Source: Eledone cirrhosa
Lineage: Eukaryota
NCBI GenBank assembly: GCA_964016885.1
Contig: OZ024741.1
Span: forward strand, 73,904,001-73,968,000
Length of the DNA: 64,000 nucleotides
Direction of reading: 5' to 3'
Positions within the stretch are counted from its first letter, which is position 1. Each line of letters begins with the position of its first letter. The position numbers and the translations under genes are program-made. This document shows positions 42,433 to 63,394 of this stretch, piece after piece. The notes beneath the pieces were generated by a model, which worked only from the letters and a program-made list of their open reading frames with translations, ran no database searches and was not told where the DNA came from.

Positions 42433-43181
42433 CATACATACATATATATATATACATACATATATATATATACATACATACATATATATATATACATATA
42501 TATATATACATATATATATATACATATATACATATATATATATACATATATATATATACATATATATATATACATATACATATATACATATACATATATA
42601 CATATACATATATATATATACATATATATATATACATATACATATATACATATATATATATACATATATACATATATATATATACATATACATACATATA
42701 TATATATACATATACATACATATATATATATACATATACATACATATATATATATACATATACATACATATATATATATACATATACATACATATATATA
42801 TATACATATACATACATATATATATATACATATACATACATATATATATATACATATACATACATATATATATATACATATACATACATATATATATATA
42901 CATATACATACATATATATATATACATATACATACATATACATATATATACATATACAGACATATATATACATATACATACATATATATATATACATATA
43001 CATACATATATATATATACATACATATATATATATATACATATACATACATATATATATACATACATATATATATATACATATACATACATATATATATA
43101 TACATATATATATACATATACATACATATATATATATACATACATATATATATATACATATACATACATATATATATACAT

Positions 43182-43212
<31 letters not shown>

Positions 43213-43247
43213 CATACATATACATACATATATATATATATACATAC

Positions 43248-43292
<45 letters not shown>

Positions 43293-43664
43293 CATATACA
43301 TACATATATATATATACATACATATATATATATACATACATATATATATATACATATACATACATATATATACATATACATACATATATATACATATACA
43401 TACATATAAATACATATACATACATATATATACATATACATACATATATATACATATACATACATATATATACATATACATACATATATATACATATACA
43501 TATACATACATACATATATATACACATACATACATATATATACATATACATACATATATATACATCTACATACATATATATACATCTACATACATATATA
43601 TATATACATATACATACATATATATATATATACATACATATATATATACATATACATATATATA

Positions 43665-43695
<31 letters not shown>

Positions 43696-43753
43696 ACATA
43701 CATATATATATATATATACATACATATATATATACATACATATATATATATAT

Positions 43754-43834
<81 letters not shown>

Positions 43835-43922
43835 CATACATATATATACATATATATATATATATACATACATATATATATATATATACATACATATATA
43901 TATATATATACATACATATATA

Positions 43923-44378
43923 CTTTACTCACTCCAACGTCGCCGTGAGCGTTATATTATCTGCATGATGTGGAAAATGTTCCATCATCACTGCCCAAAT
44001 GATGTTGGCATCGCCTTCAAGATACACCCAAGGCTTGGGCCCCGTGCTATCCTTCCCATTCAAATATCTAAATCGCAACTCATAACAACAATAGGGCACA
44101 ATTATTTCACCTCAATCGGCCCTGCTCTCTTCAACATCACACCAGGACACGTCAAAACGAAACTGACCACACAAAATTCAAGAAGTCTTTGGACAAATTC
44201 CTCCAAGTAATCCCGGACAAACCACCCACACCCGGATATGTCTCCGCAAACAGTAATTCTCTTCTCGAATGGGCCATGGTGCCCAAATCCTGAATTGAAA
44301 CACTTCGCCAGGTAGGGCTATTAAGTTAGACATGGCCTGGGCCAATACTGGCCAAAACATTTCAAAGTTATTCAAAGT
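43923..44378 (+). mobile_element. 5'-truncated CR1-group LINE 3' end, copy 1
   Basis: [20 protein letters not shown]...[10 protein letters not shown]...[21 protein letters not shown]...SNSLLEW. Confidence 0.75.
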
Positions 44379-44418
44379 TATATATATACATATACATATA
44401 TATATACATATACATATA

Positions 44419-44516
<98 letters not shown>

Positions 44517-44543
44517 CATACATATATATATATATATACATAC

Positions 44544-44574
<31 letters not shown>

Positions 44575-44915
44575 CATACATACATATATATATACATACA
44601 TATATATATATATATACATACATACATATATATATACATACATATATATATATACATACATATATATATATACATACATATATATATATATATACATACA
44701 TATATATATACATACATACATATATATATACATACATACATATATATATATATATACATACATATATATATATATATACATACATATATATATATATACA
44801 TACATATATATATATATATACATACATATATATATATATACATACATATATATATATATATACATACATATATATATATATATACATACATATATATATA
44901 TACATACATAAATAC

Positions 44916-44968
<53 letters not shown>

Positions 44969-44981
44969 CATACATAAATAC

Positions 44982-45021
<40 letters not shown>

Positions 45022-45245
45022 ACATACATATATATATATATACATACATATATATATATATACATACATACATATATATATATATACATACATATATATA
45101 TATATACATACATATATATATATACATACATATATATACATATACATACATATATATACATATACATACATATATATATATACATACATATATATATATA
45201 CATACATATGTATATATACATACATATATATATACATATACATAC

Positions 45246-45276
<31 letters not shown>

Positions 45277-45397
45277 CATACATATATATATATACATATA
45301 TATATACATATACATACATATATATATATATATACATACATATATATATATACATACATATATATACATATACATACATATATATATATATACATAC

Positions 45398-45432
<35 letters not shown>

Positions 45433-45475
45433 CATATATATATACATATACATACATATATATATATATACATAC

Positions 45476-45522
<47 letters not shown>

Positions 45523-45656
45523 CATACATATATATATACATATACATACATATAAATATATATACATACATATATATATACATATACGTACATATATATA
45601 TATACATACATATATATATACATATACATACATATATATATACATATACATACATA

Positions 45657-45691
<35 letters not shown>

Positions 45692-45722
45692 TATACATAC
45701 ATGCATATATATACATACATAC

Positions 45723-45753
<31 letters not shown>

Positions 45754-46460
45754 CATATATATATATACATACATATATATATATACATATATATATATAC
45801 ATATATATATATACATATATATATATACATATATATATATACATATACATATATACATATATATATATACATATACATATATACATATACATATACATAT
45901 ATACATATATATATATACATATATATATATACATATATATATATACATATACATATATACATATATATATATACATATACATATATACATATACATATAC
46001 ATATATACATATATATATATACATATACATACATATATATATATACATATACATACATATATATATATACATATACATACATATATATACATATACATAC
46101 ATATATATATATACATATACATACATATATATATATACATATACATACATATATATATATACATATACATACATATACATATATATACATATACATACAT
46201 ATATATATATACATATACATACATATATATATATACATATACATACATATATATATATACATATACATACATATATATATACATACATATATATATATAT
46301 ACATATACATACATATATATATACATACATATATATATATATACATATACATACATATATATATACATACATATATATATATACATATACATACATATAT
46401 ATATACATATACATACATATATATATACATATACATACATATATATATACATATACATAC

Positions 46461-46505
<45 letters not shown>

Positions 46506-46536
46506 CATATACATACATATATATATATATACATAC

Positions 46537-46585
<49 letters not shown>

Positions 46586-46997
46586 CATATACATACATAT
46601 ATATATATACATACATATATATATATACATACATATATATATATATATACATACATATATATATATACATATACATACATATATATACATATACATACAT
46701 ATATATACATATACATACATATAAATACATATACATACATATATATACATATACATACATATATATACATATACATACATATATATACATATACATACAT
46801 ATATATACATATACATATACATACATACATATATATACACATACATACATATATATACATATACATACATATATATACATCTACATACATATATATACAT
46901 ACATATATATACATCTACATACATATATATATATACATATACATACATATATATATATATACATACATATATATATACATATACATACATATATATA

Positions 46998-47028
<31 letters not shown>

Positions 47029-47050
47029 ACATACATATATATATATATAT

Positions 47051-47125
<75 letters not shown>

Positions 47126-47130
47126 CATAC

Positions 47131-47161
<31 letters not shown>

Positions 47162-47195
47162 CATACATATATATATATATATACATACATATATA

Positions 47196-47641
47196 CTTTA
47201 CTCACTCCAACGTCGCCGTGAGCGTTATATTATCTGCATGATGTGGAAAATGTTCCATCATCACTGCCCAAATGATGTTGGCATCGCCTTCAAGATACAC
47301 CCAAGGCTTGGGCCCCGTGCTATCCTTCCCATTCAAATATCTAAATCGCAACTCATAACAACAATAGGGCACAATTATTTCACCTCAATCGGCCCTGCTC
47401 TCTTCAACATCACACCAGGACACGTCAAAACGAAACTGACCACACAAAATTCAAGAAGTCTTTGGACAAATTCCTCAATTAATCCCGGACAAACCACCCA
47501 CACCCGGATATGTCTCCGCAAACAGTAATTCTCTTCTCGAATGGGCCATGGTGCCCAAATCCTGAATTGAAACACTTCGCCAGGTGGTGCTATTAAGTTA
47601 GACATGGCCTGGGCCAATACTGGCCAAAACATTTCAAAGTT
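47196..47641 (+). mobile_element. 5'-truncated CR1-group LINE 3' end, copy 2 (near-identical to copy 1)
   Basis: Same sequence 3273 bp downstream with only a few differences. Confidence 0.75.
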
Positions 47642-47694
47642 ATATATATACATATACATATATATATACATATACATATATACATATACATATA

Positions 47695-47806
<112 letters not shown>

Positions 47807-47834
47807 CATACATATATATATATATATACATACA

Positions 47835-47866
<32 letters not shown>

Positions 47867-48359
47867 CATACATATATATATATATATATATACATACATA
47901 CATACATATATATATACATACATATATATATATATATACATACATACATATATATATACATATACATACATACATATATATATACATACATATATATAAT
48001 ATACATACATATATATATATACATACATATATATATACATACATATATATATACATACATATATATATACATACATACATATATATATATATATACATAC
48101 ATATATATATATACATACATACATACATATATATATACATACATATATATATACATACATATAATATATATATATACATACAATATATATATATATACAT
48201 ACATATATATATATATATACATACATATATATATATACATATATATATACATATAAATACATATATATATATACATACATATATATACATATACATACAT
48301 ATATATACATATATATATATATATACATACATATATATACATATAATACATATATATAC

Positions 48360-48396
<37 letters not shown>

Positions 48397-48562
48397 CATA
48401 TATATATACATATATATATATATACATAATATATATATACATATATATACATATATACATATATATACATATATATATATATATACTATACATATATATA
48501 TATATATATACATATATACACATATATATACATATATATATATATATATACTATATACATAC

Positions 48563-48593
<31 letters not shown>

Positions 48594-48810
48594 CACATAT
48601 ATATATATACATATATATAATATACATATATATATATATACATATATATATATACATATATATACATATACATATATATACATATACATATATATACATA
48701 TATATACATATACATATATATAATATACATATATACACATATATATACATATATATACATATATATACATATATATACATATATATACATATATATATAT
48801 ATATACATAC

Positions 48811-48857
<47 letters not shown>

Positions 48858-48880
48858 CATATATATACATATATATATAC

Positions 48881-48911
<31 letters not shown>

Positions 48912-49142
48912 CATATATATATATACATATATATACATATATATATATATATATACATATATATACATATACATATATATATATATATACATATATATAC
49001 ATATACATATATATATATATACATATATATATACATATATATATATACATATACATATATATATATATATATATACACATATATAATATATATATATATA
49101 CAATATATATATATCATATATATATATATACAATATATATAC

Positions 49143-49196
<54 letters not shown>

Positions 49197-50578
49197 ACAT
49201 ATACATATATATACATATATACATATATATACATATATACTTACATATATATATACATATATATACATATATATATACATATATATACATATATATACAT
49301 ATATATATATATACATATATATACATATATATATATACATATATATACATATATATATACATATATATACATATATATACATATATACATATATATACAT
49401 ATATACATATATATACATATATATATATATATATACATATATATACATATATATATATATACATATATATATACATATATACATATAATATATATACATA
49501 TATATACATATATATATATATACATATATACATATATACATATATATACATATATACATATATATATATACATATATACATATATACATATATATATATA
49601 CATATATATACATATATACATATATATATATACATATATACATATATATACATATATACATATATATATATACATATATATATACATATACATATATATA
49701 TATACATATATATATACATATACATATATATATACATATATATATATATACATATATATATATACATATATACATATACATATATACATATATATATATA
49801 CATATATACATATATATATACATATATACATATATATATATACATATATACATATATATATATACATATATACATATATATATACATATATATATACATA
49901 TATATATACATATATATAATACATATATATATACATATATATATATATACATATATATATACATATATATATATACATATATATACATATATAATATATA
50001 TACATATATATATACATATATATATATATACATATATATATACATATATATATATATACATATATATATACATATATATATACATATATATATATACATA
50101 TATATATACATATATATATACATATATATATACATATATATATACATATATATATACATATATACACATATATATATATATACATATATATATACATATA
50201 CATATATACATATACATATACATATATACACATATATATATATACATATATATATACATATACATATATACATATACATATACATATATATATACATATA
50301 CATATATATATACATATACATATATATATACATATACATATATATATACATATACATATATATATACATATATACATACATATATACATATACATATATA
50401 TATACATATACATATATATATACATATACATATACATATATATATACATATAATATACATATATATACATATATACATATATATATACATATATACATAT
50501 ACATATACATATATACATATACATATATATATACATATATACATATACATATATATATACTTATACATATATATATAC

Positions 50579-50641
<63 letters not shown>

Positions 50642-50660
50642 CTTATACATATATATATAC

Positions 50661-50692
<32 letters not shown>

Positions 50693-50741
50693 ATATATAT
50701 ATACATATATATATACACATATATATATACATATATATATG

Positions 50742-51039
50742 ATGGCTGCCCCCTCGTTATCGAGTATGGCCATTGCACGAGAAGAAAAAAAAAAAATAAA
50801 ATAAAATAATAATAATAATAAATAAATAAAAAAAAATTTTAAAAAAAATTAAAAAAATAAATAAATAAATAAAAATATATATATACATACACATATACAC
50901 ACACACACACACACTCACACACATACATTAATAACAATAATAATAATAATAATAACAATAACAACAATAATAATAACGACAACAACAATAATAATATACA
51001 TATACATATATATATACACACACACGCACACACATAAGC

Positions 51040-51073
<34 letters not shown>

Positions 51074-51502
51074 GATAGCAACTAACAGCGCTGCGATCGA
51101 ATGTGGCTTTTTAGCCCAGCCAATGATCTAAAATGTCTTGCACAGAGTCGGCAACCAAAACATTCACTGGGAATAGTCGGCTGTGGTTGGAGTTCGTGTA
51201 CTTTTGCATGTCGCTTGAGCCCTCTTCCTGATTTACATTCTCTACCACATGTTTGGCAAGCATGATGAGTAGCATCTCCAACAGCAGCCTGGTAGTCAAC
51301 CACTGGTCTTACTTTATGACTGCGAAGATGACTTTCGAGTCCAGCTTTGCTTAGGCAGAGTCTCGCACATACGCTGCATGTCAGCACCATAGGAGGACCC
51401 TCGCCGTCTGGAAGTGCAACAGCAATGCCCTTCCTCACATCCCGCTTTACTTTCTCGTATGTGATTCGAGATGCCTCAAAGGCAACTTTTCCCTCATATA
51501 CA
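50742..51502 (-). mobile_element. RTE-type LINE 3' end with three C2H2 zinc fingers; 3'UTR expanded by simple repeats; truncated by the gap
   Basis: CSVCARLCLSKAGLESHLRSH, CQTCGRECKSGRGLKRHAKVH, CRLCARHFRSLAGLKSHIRS; tail TGGCCATACTCG-ATAA-CGAGGGGGCAGCCATC followed by (AT)n. Confidence 0.7.
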
Positions 51503-51702
51503 NNNNNNNNNNNNNNNNNNNNNNNNNNNNNNNNNNNNNNNNNNNNNNNNNNNNNNNNNNNNNNNNNNNNNNNNNNNNNNNNNNNNNNNNNNNNNNNNNN
51601 NNNNNNNNNNNNNNNNNNNNNNNNNNNNNNNNNNNNNNNNNNNNNNNNNNNNNNNNNNNNNNNNNNNNNNNNNNNNNNNNNNNNNNNNNNNNNNNNNNNN
51701 NN
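51503..51702. other. Assembly gap (200 N)
   Basis: Run of n. Confidence 1.
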
Positions 51703-57481
<5,779 letters not shown>

Positions 57482-57744
57482 GAGCCTTCCAGTTTCATTT
57501 CACATTATATACATGTGTGTATATTTTAATTATTTTTAAGTGAACATGATTTTTAAATAATATTTTGAAGTGAACGTGTCACGGGTGGTCTAGTATTGTA
57601 TTTATTTGAGCAAAATGTTGCTAAGCAGATCTAAAATTACTTCCTAGCCGTATGGAAAGGGAGCTCCCCTAGAAATTCAAGGGAGTTTAATTTTATTCCA
57701 TTCTTTGTTTTAAATTAGGTATAACATGGTTATAAACTTCTGTG

Positions 57745-58035
57745 TTCAAAAACACTGCGTGATACATTGAGTAATTGCCATTTATCATAACCTCGAGTCG
57801 ACCCAAATATTGCGAGGGGAATTGGGTAGACGAAAATTGTTTGGAAGCACATCAGATGGATTGTCCTTGTAATTTAAAAGGCAGTCTTGCCACAAACTGT
57901 CTCGCGCTAAATTTCCTTGAAAATTACGTTAAAAGTATACTTGTCTAGTGAATGCTCAATTACTTGCACAGTGATTTCGAGAGTGGGTCGTTAGAAGAAC
58001 TGGAACAGTCATTGTCGAAACCGACGGACGTTCGT
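57745..58035 (+). mobile_element. Old, diverged SINE-like repeat body/tail
   Basis: GGTAGACGAAAATTGT...AATTACGTTAAAAGTATACTTGTCTAGTGAATGCTC...AACCGACGGA resembles, from memory only, an abundant octopus SINE 3' half. Confidence 0.4.
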
Positions 58036-58705
58036 TCTATCCGTTCTCAACAGAATTTATAATGTGAATGTGTGTATAATGTATGTGTAGAAATCATTTG
58101 TTTTACAGAGCAGTTGAAATAGAGTTATGCGAAATTTAGAGATCGTGAGATGAACACGTCTTTGACTGTGAATCGAAACTGAATCGTAGATTTTTCGATT
58201 CGCACCACTAAAATTATTTTGGTCGAAGCTACTCGTGTAGATTATATATTTATTTATTTGACATTGTTAGATTCATGTTATTATTGGATTAATCTATCAT
58301 CTTTATTTCAATAGAACAAGAGATGTCGAGAAACAACTTAGAATTATTCTGTGGTGCTGGTTGAAGAGAAGCTGCAGTTGACCGATGGATGACAACGTAA
58401 AACAGATGGAAGGACACATTAGTCTCTCATCATTTCTGTCCAAAATTCGTTTCGCCAATGTCTCCCCTAGGTTAGATATATACTCTTATACTTGTTTTTT
58501 AGTGTCAATAGTTAAATATTAAATATATGAGCAAAATGTTGTCTCTAATCCTTTGTCTAAATTCGTCAACTTATTTCTCCTCTCAGCTAGTTAATTATCC
58601 TATACTCCGGGTTTTCAGTATCAATCATATATACACACACACACGCATATATATATACTTCGTTTTGTATTTGCAAATTTCTTATCTGAAAATGAGTGTT
58701 GAAAC

Positions 58706-58863
58706 AAATATTGTTATACTTTGAGAGGGTCATGCTGCCAATAAAAACTAATGAAATGGAGGCTGTTTGGTCATCGGCTGGAAATTTGTAATAAATGAAG
58801 TGAAAAGCAATAGGTGCGTGTGTTTTCTTGGCAGCATGACCCTTCCAAAATATGACAAGATAT
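58706..58863. repeat. ~42-bp imperfect inverted repeat (58706-58748 / 58822-58863)
   Basis: AGGGTCATGCTGCCAA / TTGGCAGCATGACCCT perfect core with imperfect extensions. Confidence 0.75.
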
Positions 58864-58864
58864 A

Positions 58865-59718
58865 TCTATAATATTATAAAGCTGAGTATCGTGTGTATAT
58901 ATTATGTATGTATGTATCCTACACACCTCCCTATAGTTTCTTAGCTTTACTCTCTCCGTCGCTCTTCCCTCTCTATAATAGATCGTTCACTCTCTATAAT
59001 TTAACTGCTTTACTCTCTCTCTGTCGCTCTTCACTCTCAGAATATTATAAAGCTGAGCGTCGTCTCTCTCTCTCTCCCTCTTTCACCCTCTATAATTTAA
59101 CTGCTTTACTCTCTCTCTTCACTCTCTATATGTCAGCAGGTAATACATCAAAAAGCAACCCTCTTAGAGAGACAGAGAGTGAAAGAGACAGATTAGGAAA
59201 ATCACACATCTAGACAGACAGAGGGACGGATAAGCAGGTAATACATACATCTAAAATCATTCGGATACAAATATAATATAATATAATGGTTGCAGGACGA
59301 AAATACAGACAAATATAATAATGTATGTATCCCACACACTTTTTCTGTCGTCGCTCGCATAAGTAACACGCGCACACTACGCACGGGCGCTTGATTTCGC
59401 CAATTGCCGGATAACATCAAAACAAGACGTACACATGCACATACAAAAACACACACACACATATCTGTACTTTATATGTATGTATGATCATTCCCCCTCT
59501 CTATAATTTAACTGCTTTACTCTCTCTGTCACTCTTCACTCTCTATATGACAACACTGTTTTAGTTTCCGTATCTCCCTTCAATATATACATATATATAT
59601 ATATAGAGAGAGAGAGAGCCAGAAGGACAATGTGACACGGGAGGGTGTGTGGTATCTTTTCAGTGGAGTGGTGGGGGAAGGTATACCTAGCCGAGCGCCA
59701 GCCGGACGGGCCAATTAG
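58865..59718 (+). mobile_element. Non-autonomous Helitron-like element
   Basis: 5' A|TCTATAATATTATAAAGCTGA followed by a (TATG)-like microsatellite; GC-rich subterminal CCGAGCGCCAGCCGGACGGG, then TTAG|T (CTRR variant); inserted between A and T with no TSD. Confidence 0.65.
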
Positions 59719-60389
59719 TATATATATATATATATGTTTGAATAATAAAATGCATTTTATCAATGTTGAAATATTACGAAATTATATATTATACAGTTAA
59801 AACATGTTGATATCTTTATAAACAGGAAACGTTGATAAAGAATGGCTAATTTTTGGTTCTGGCTACCATACCTCAAACTAAGATTAAATTTTCCTGAGAA
59901 TAAAACCATAATTCTGACATTCCATTAATTTATCACTATATTCTTAAATTCTAAATTTTATCTGTTTGATTCTTTTTCAGTTGCTACTTGTAAGAAAAAC
60001 TATCAGAAAGAAAAGCAGAACTTGAAAGTCAATTATTTGCTGATTGGTTAAGCCTCCATGTATCAGTGAGTGACCAGTGTACTGTGCCTCCCCTTCATAT
60101 ATATTTTGAATGCATTCTCTATAGTTGTTCAGTGAAAAGGTGTAACAAGGTTCCTTTTGTTTTCTTTAATGCATACTGTCCAGTTCATCTTTAGATATTC
60201 TGATACTCTTCGTGTATATCTGAGAATCCTGCCACATCTAATGTTATCTGTTCTGAGTTTGTCTACCATTGCTTGGTCAAGAAGTATAGCCCAGCTTGTC
60301 CAGTCTACAAGGTGTATCAGAAAAGTAATAGGACTTAGTGTACAGTGTGAGCTATGATTGGGGTAAAGATTAGTGGATTGCGTCAATGT

Positions 60390-60805
60390 GACGTAATATC
60401 CAGGAAGTATATAACTAATCTCGGCACACTTCAGCCATTGTTTTTTTTCATGCGCTTACGTTAACAGCTCATCAATTTTTAGCTGTCGAGCGATGGGCAC
60501 ATCGCCAAAACTGCTGAACAATAACCAGAAGAAGCACATGCAGGGGTGTCAAAACATCTTTGAGCATCTTGAAACCAAACCAGACGTGCTGGGGGGAGTC
60601 ATTACCGTTGGTGAATCCTGGATCTTCAAATAAAACCTGGAGATCAAGCACCAGAGCCATCAAAATGATGATGAAGCTGCGTAGAATCCTGGGAGAATCC
60701 TTCCAGGAATGTATGTAGGTATGGCGGAGAAGGATGCAAAAGTGTTGGACTCAAGGGTGGGGGGGATTATTTTGAAGAGGAAGACTTGTAGTTTGAATTT
60801 GAAAT
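60390..60805 (+). mobile_element. Internally deleted mariner transposon remnant (boundaries approximate)
   Basis: CQNIFEHLETKPDVLGGVITVGESWIFK*NLEIKHQS (cf. IVTGDESW..YDPETKRQS) fused to LRRILGESFQECM*VWRRRMQKC...GDYFE, the mariner C-terminus. Confidence 0.75.
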
Positions 60806-60990
60806 AATTGTTTATATTTTAGGCACAAGGCCAGCAATTACCCAGTACATTACTGATACGTTATTTTATAGACCCCGTAAGGATGAAAGGCAAAGTTAAC
60901 CTCGGCGGGATTTGAACTCAGATCATAAAGGGACGTAACTCTATGCTTCAAAGCATGGTGTCCGACTCTCTACCGATACTGCCAATCCAA
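60805..60990 (-). mobile_element. Family A SINE
   Basis: GACCCCGTAAGGATGAAAGGCAAAGTTAACCTCGGCGGGATTTGAACTC...CTCTACCGATACTGCCAATCCA. Confidence 0.92.
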
Positions 60991-61038
60991 TTTTTTTTTT
61001 CTCCCCAATTTCTTTTTTCAAATCTTTTTTTTTTACAA

Positions 61039-61071
<33 letters not shown>

Positions 61072-61407
61072 TTTGGTGATTCACTGTAGAAGTGTTAATT
61101 AAAAATGACTTTTCCATAATACAGTAGCACATTTACAATTACATATTTAGTAATAGAAAATTTTAAACTTGTTTAAATATTAACATTTTACATAGAATTT
61201 CAATATTTTAAATTGTTATATCACAATTTCATTTGTGCCTAAAGTAGAAACAATTATATAACGCTATGTTGCTGGTAAAAATATTTAATCATGTACATAC
61301 CTTCATAAATTGTTCAAATAATGTTGAGATTGACTTTCTCGGTGAAAATTAATAAGTTTGAATACTGCTAAACAAAAACATTTATTTTAAATACTTTGTT
61401 TCATATT

Positions 61408-61830
61408 CTACAGAATAAGTATATTCGTGAAGATACCTTCATGATAAACATGCCTTATCAAAGTTTCTCCATCTTGTCTCTTCTTGGCTGTGCTGCTGAA
61501 TTCTGTTTGGTCTGCGTATATGAGCTGGTTTTCAGCAACATAAAATTGTCCATGTATGAACACTGAATCAGGTGGATACAGTCCACATCTTTCTAAACTT
61601 TGCCCTTGACCCTTATTTATTAACATAACGAAAGTAAATAACGGAAGTTAAAAGTAGTTGACAAAAATCGCACAAAAAACAATTGTATCGAAATTTTTTT
61701 TATTTTATATTACGAAGATAAAACATGCTCGCGTTGTAAAAACCTTTGTGAGGGCCGCATGTTTGACATGCCTTTATATGGCCATGTGTAACAGTAATAT
61801 GATTATTGCTGAAACTGTCATAGCCTCATA
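61408..61830 (-). pseudogene. Helitron RepHel (PIF1-like helicase) C-terminal remnant
   Basis: FVMLINKGQGQSLERCGLYPPDSVFIHGQFYVA matches the FAMTINKSQGQTL..VG..L...VF.HGQLYVA motif; upstream IILL and GFYNASM resemble the IILLRN..GLCNGTR block. Confidence 0.75.
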
Positions 61831-62231
61831 TAGTACGGTCACTTAATAGTAGATTGTTATATAGTGAAACCTTTTTCTTGAAGTTTGTATTGTTGTCTAT
61901 ATGTTGAAGGACATCTAGGAACACGTACATACACATTTCCCCCCATACATGTTGACAGATTTGCACTTTAAATTCCTGCATTTTCAATCAAAACTCGTTA
62001 GTTACCATAGTGACAACTCGCACTCTCTTACCTTTCTTTTTTTCCTGAAACAAATTTTAATTTTACCTTTCACACTATCTCGCTGTATTTTTCTCTCAAC
62101 AACAGCAACATTATAGAAAGTTTTTCTTAAAGACTGTTGCATTCTCTATATGTTGTAGCACTCTCACTCACTCACTACATTTTATAATATAAACTGGTGA
62201 TGTAATCTTGGGACACTGCTACATATATCAT

Positions 62232-62430
62232 TGGTGATGGATTGGTTGTATTAATAGAACGTCAGAAAAAATGACTTGCTGTATTCTTTGTTACTTTTTC
62301 AAATCCAATCCCACTCAACATTCTTTTGTCTTTCTGAGGTTGATAAAATACTAGTCAAGGACTGGGATCGATATAATCAACTTTCCCCTTCCCCTAAGTT
62401 GCTGTCCTTGAGCCTAAATGAGAAATCATA
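62232..62430 (+). mobile_element. Diverged family A SINE
   Basis: GGATTGGTTG...AGAACGTCAGA...TTCAAATCC...GAGGTTGATAAAATA...GATCGATATAATCAACTTTCCCC...TTGCTGTCCTTGAGCCTA. Confidence 0.7.
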
Positions 62431-62439
62431 TCATTGGTG

Positions 62440-62850
62440 ATGTGGTCTCAAGACCTTGCTAGATGCAGCTCAGGTAATTAGTTTGTTGGGACTCTAATAT
62501 TGACTGTGAATGCCAATTCACAAATAGCAACCCTTGCTGCAGTTAGTGCAGAGATTCTGAATTTTGGGCTGTTGGAGTGGCTGCAACTGCAGTAATCTTT
62601 AATGCACTCTTCACTGCAGCAAGCTTAATATCTTTGTGGATGTTCTGATGCTAAGCATCCTGATCCTTAGCTTTCACTTCCCAGCTGTTTAGAGAGATAT
62701 TGCAGATTTTCAGTTTCCTCCTGCAAGCATCTTTGAATCAGAATTTGGGGTCTTTCAACATGCATGGGGCTATATATCGGCTGTCCCTATAGAATGTCCT
62801 TCAGCAACCTACTCTCCTCCAAAGTTGCCAAAGAAGTTTATCAATCTGTC
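62440..62850 (-). mobile_element. Decayed RTE-clade LINE 3' end with a terminal C2H2-like finger
   Basis: RLLKDILYG...FKDACRRKLKICNISLNSWEVKAKDQDA*...CTNCSKGCYL*IGIHS. Confidence 0.7.
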
Positions 62851-63394
62851 CATTTGAACTCCCATTTTTTTTAGGTGAGAGATATCTTTACAGGTTTTAT
62901 AACCTAAAAGTAGCCTTGTATTTCTTTTGAATTTCTTATTGTAGTTTTTCACAACCCTAAAAGACTGGAGTAAATGTCTTAAGAATTTTGTTTTTTATAC
63001 TGCTTGAACAGATTGATAAAGCAGGGCTTCATTTTGATCTATTGATTATACTGTTGAACCAACTGTCATGTCCTCCTCGAGAAAACTGATGAGATACTCT
63101 GCAAAGGTCACTAACCAAGCCAAATGACCAGGGACTGCAGTCTTGACAAAATGGCCTCTCCCCGAGGTGCTCCCAGGGGAAGTACCTCCATGTTATTCTT
63201 GGCTCCGCCACTGATGTGGGGTTAATCCCATCTGGCAGGCTAATTATTACTCCAGTATCGCTGTCTGCAGTTGGTCTCCGCTTGGCCACATGGGTGGACC
63301 TATCTTTCGCTGTCAGGTCCCGTCGTTTGTCACTTATCTGCTTGCGAGTCATGGGAGGGGGGGGAGCATACTGTATATATGCTTCAGTTTTGGC

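Noticed and set aside
51082-51502. Host C2H2 zinc-finger transcription factor
   Set aside because: No TGEKP linkers, irregular spacing, and a homologous copy with the same retroelement-type tail at 41238-41445.
61408-61626. Host PIF1 helicase gene
   Set aside because: Degenerate, intronless, frameshifted fragment of Helitron type.
63029-63352. 107-aa minus-strand ORF / possible HDV-like ribozyme in an RTE-like 5'UTR
   Set aside because: No protein motif recognised, and I could not build the nested double pseudoknot by eye.
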